The notes under the pieces: model-generated
What the model saw: only the letters and a program-made list of their open reading frames with translations
Database searches by the model: none
What the model was told of the DNA's origin: nothing
Shown: in pieces, positions 1 to 64,000 of the stretch
Position numbering within the stretch: position 1 is the stretch's first letter
Layout: each line of letters starts with the position of its first letter
Origin: the human T2T-CHM13v2.0 reference genome, Homo sapiens
DNA length: 64,000 bases
Direction: 5' to 3' (one strand)
Assembly: GCF_009914755.1 (NCBI RefSeq)
Contig: NC_060939.1
Position numbers and translations under genes: made by a program

Positions 1-160
1 GTGACCTAGGGCAAGTGATTTAGCAATGTCAGTCTCTACATATAAGTTAGAGATAATGATTGTACCTATTTTATAGAGCTGCTGTAAGGATTGAATGATC
101 TATATAGAGAGCCAGAGTGCCATATGTAAGGTATTCAAGAAGTGGTAGCTATTGGATTAC
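1..160 (+). mobile_element. MIR SINE fragment
   Basis: gtgacctagggcaagtgattta...tcagtctctacatataag...ataat...gctgtaaggattgaatga resembles the MIR core. Confidence 0.65.
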
Positions 161-1394
161 TCTTCTCCCTTTCCACCTATCTAGAGATTTTAGGTTGGTC
201 CTCCTTTGCCATTTCCCTGAGATAGATAATTTATTTCACGTGGCGTATTTATTTAGACTGCATCACATTACACTCTCGCAGTTCACAGACATTTCCAGGA
301 GGTTGTTGCTCCACCACTTCATTCAAAACTAGGTTCACGGTTTTCATGTTTTCCTCTCTACATCTCTCCTACTAATTTCCCTTTTAATGTTCGAACATGA
401 TTCTGATGAAGTCTTTCAGTTAAAAATTGTGAGATTAAACTTGTACTCTCTAACTCCGAAGTGAAAGAGATTTTAGGTTCAATATTAGGAATAAAATTCT
501 ACTATCAGGACTGTTGTTTTTGTTTTTCATCAGTAGAATGGGCTGCCTTGGAAGTTATGAAGTTACCCATGGCTACCGCTATACAAAAGTGGCTTTTGAC
601 TAGCAGCTTTGCCTCGCCACTGCTTCCTTTCTCCCATCCAGTCCTTGAGGTCTGCAAGCTGTTTCAGTATACATCGCAGTGAAGAGTGTAACAAACAGAT
701 TAGCTACCTGACTTGCAATTTTTTGGCTTTGGAATTTTTGGTTCAGGATTTTATACTGTCCTAGCTAAATGAATTGACAAAACAGCAAGGTATAACTTAC
801 AATGAAGAAGTTTATCAACCTTCCCCCGCAGGATTACCAAATACAGAGGTGCAGGGTTTAATATTAGACTAAAGTTGAAGATGTGGCCCTCAATTCTCCT
901 GCAAAGGAGCTCTGCAGTGAAGTCACAATAGCCATGAGCCTCTCAGTGTAACTAGGGTCATCCATACTATTCCATATGTTAAAGTAGAAGAAAATAGTGA
1001 AGTCTTGTCATTTGCAAGACTTTTATGCAAAGTTTGACAGATGTTGCATGCTGCTTTCAGGATTAAGAAAATTACATGGGCACTGCTGTGCCTTCTGTGA
1101 GAAGTTTTATTCTCAGCTGTCACCCTCCTTGTCCCTTGCCCATAACCATTATAGTGGCCAGAAAGTCTGCTTGCTCTACAGTGATGTGTTTTGAATAGTG
1201 CCCATTAGTTTTCAGTAGTTACCCTGGCCTGCATGTTAGCCTTCAGTTTAATGGCCTTTTTTATGTTCATTCATTTTATTTTATTTCCCATCGTGGTTTT
1301 GTTTATTTCTTTTTTGTTTTTTGTTTTTTCTGTTCTCTTTTTTAAAACCGTCGTGGTTTGCCCTTCATATTCCCCAATGTTTGCACATGACAAG

Positions 1395-63737
<62,343 letters not shown>

Positions 63738-64000
63738 GTGAGTGAGGATGGCAGCACACCTGGAGGGAGCACACCTGGAGTGACCCTTTGGCTCAAGCTT
63801 GGGACAAAGCCACCCCTTCTTTGAAGTATAGCAAAGCAAATATCCTCCAAGCCTATCTTAGCAATTCTGTTAGCGTAGCAGTGTGCCATTGCCCCGCCCA
63901 GGAAGTTTATGGCCTCCCCTTTTCTGGGAACACTTACAAACCGGAGAATAATTTGCTGGGAACCAAGGGCTGACCTTTTGAATTGTGTTTTATGTGCAGC

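Overview
Human (primate) genomic DNA covering the 3' two-thirds of NEO1 (neogenin-1, the DCC-family netrin/RGM receptor) on the + strand. I traced 20 consecutive GT-AG coding exons by hand (1455/1395 to 63737, about exons 8-27; numbering recalled, not looked up). They splice into one open frame of 2,874 nt (958 codons) encoding FN3 domains 1-6, the juxtamembrane linker, the transmembrane helix and most of the cytoplasmic tail. The start codon and Ig domains lie upstream of the window and the stop codon lies downstream. The introns contain about 26 Alus plus L1, L2, MIR, LTR and DNA-transposon fossils. I found no prokaryotic system, CRISPR array or structural RNA gene, and nothing I can defend as a new biological system. 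The most interesting signal is regulatory. Four frame-preserving alternative-splicing modules (60, 48, 33 and 159 nt) each carry a readable cis code: ~150-nt AG-free zones, NOVA YCAY clusters including a His-codon/YCAY dual code, and an SRRM4-type UGC. There are also convergent CTCF motifs, a 99-bp unique-sequence duplication that begins at an antisense splice donor, and tightly spaced inverted Alu pairs. Repeat boundaries and subfamilies were assigned by eye and are approximate.
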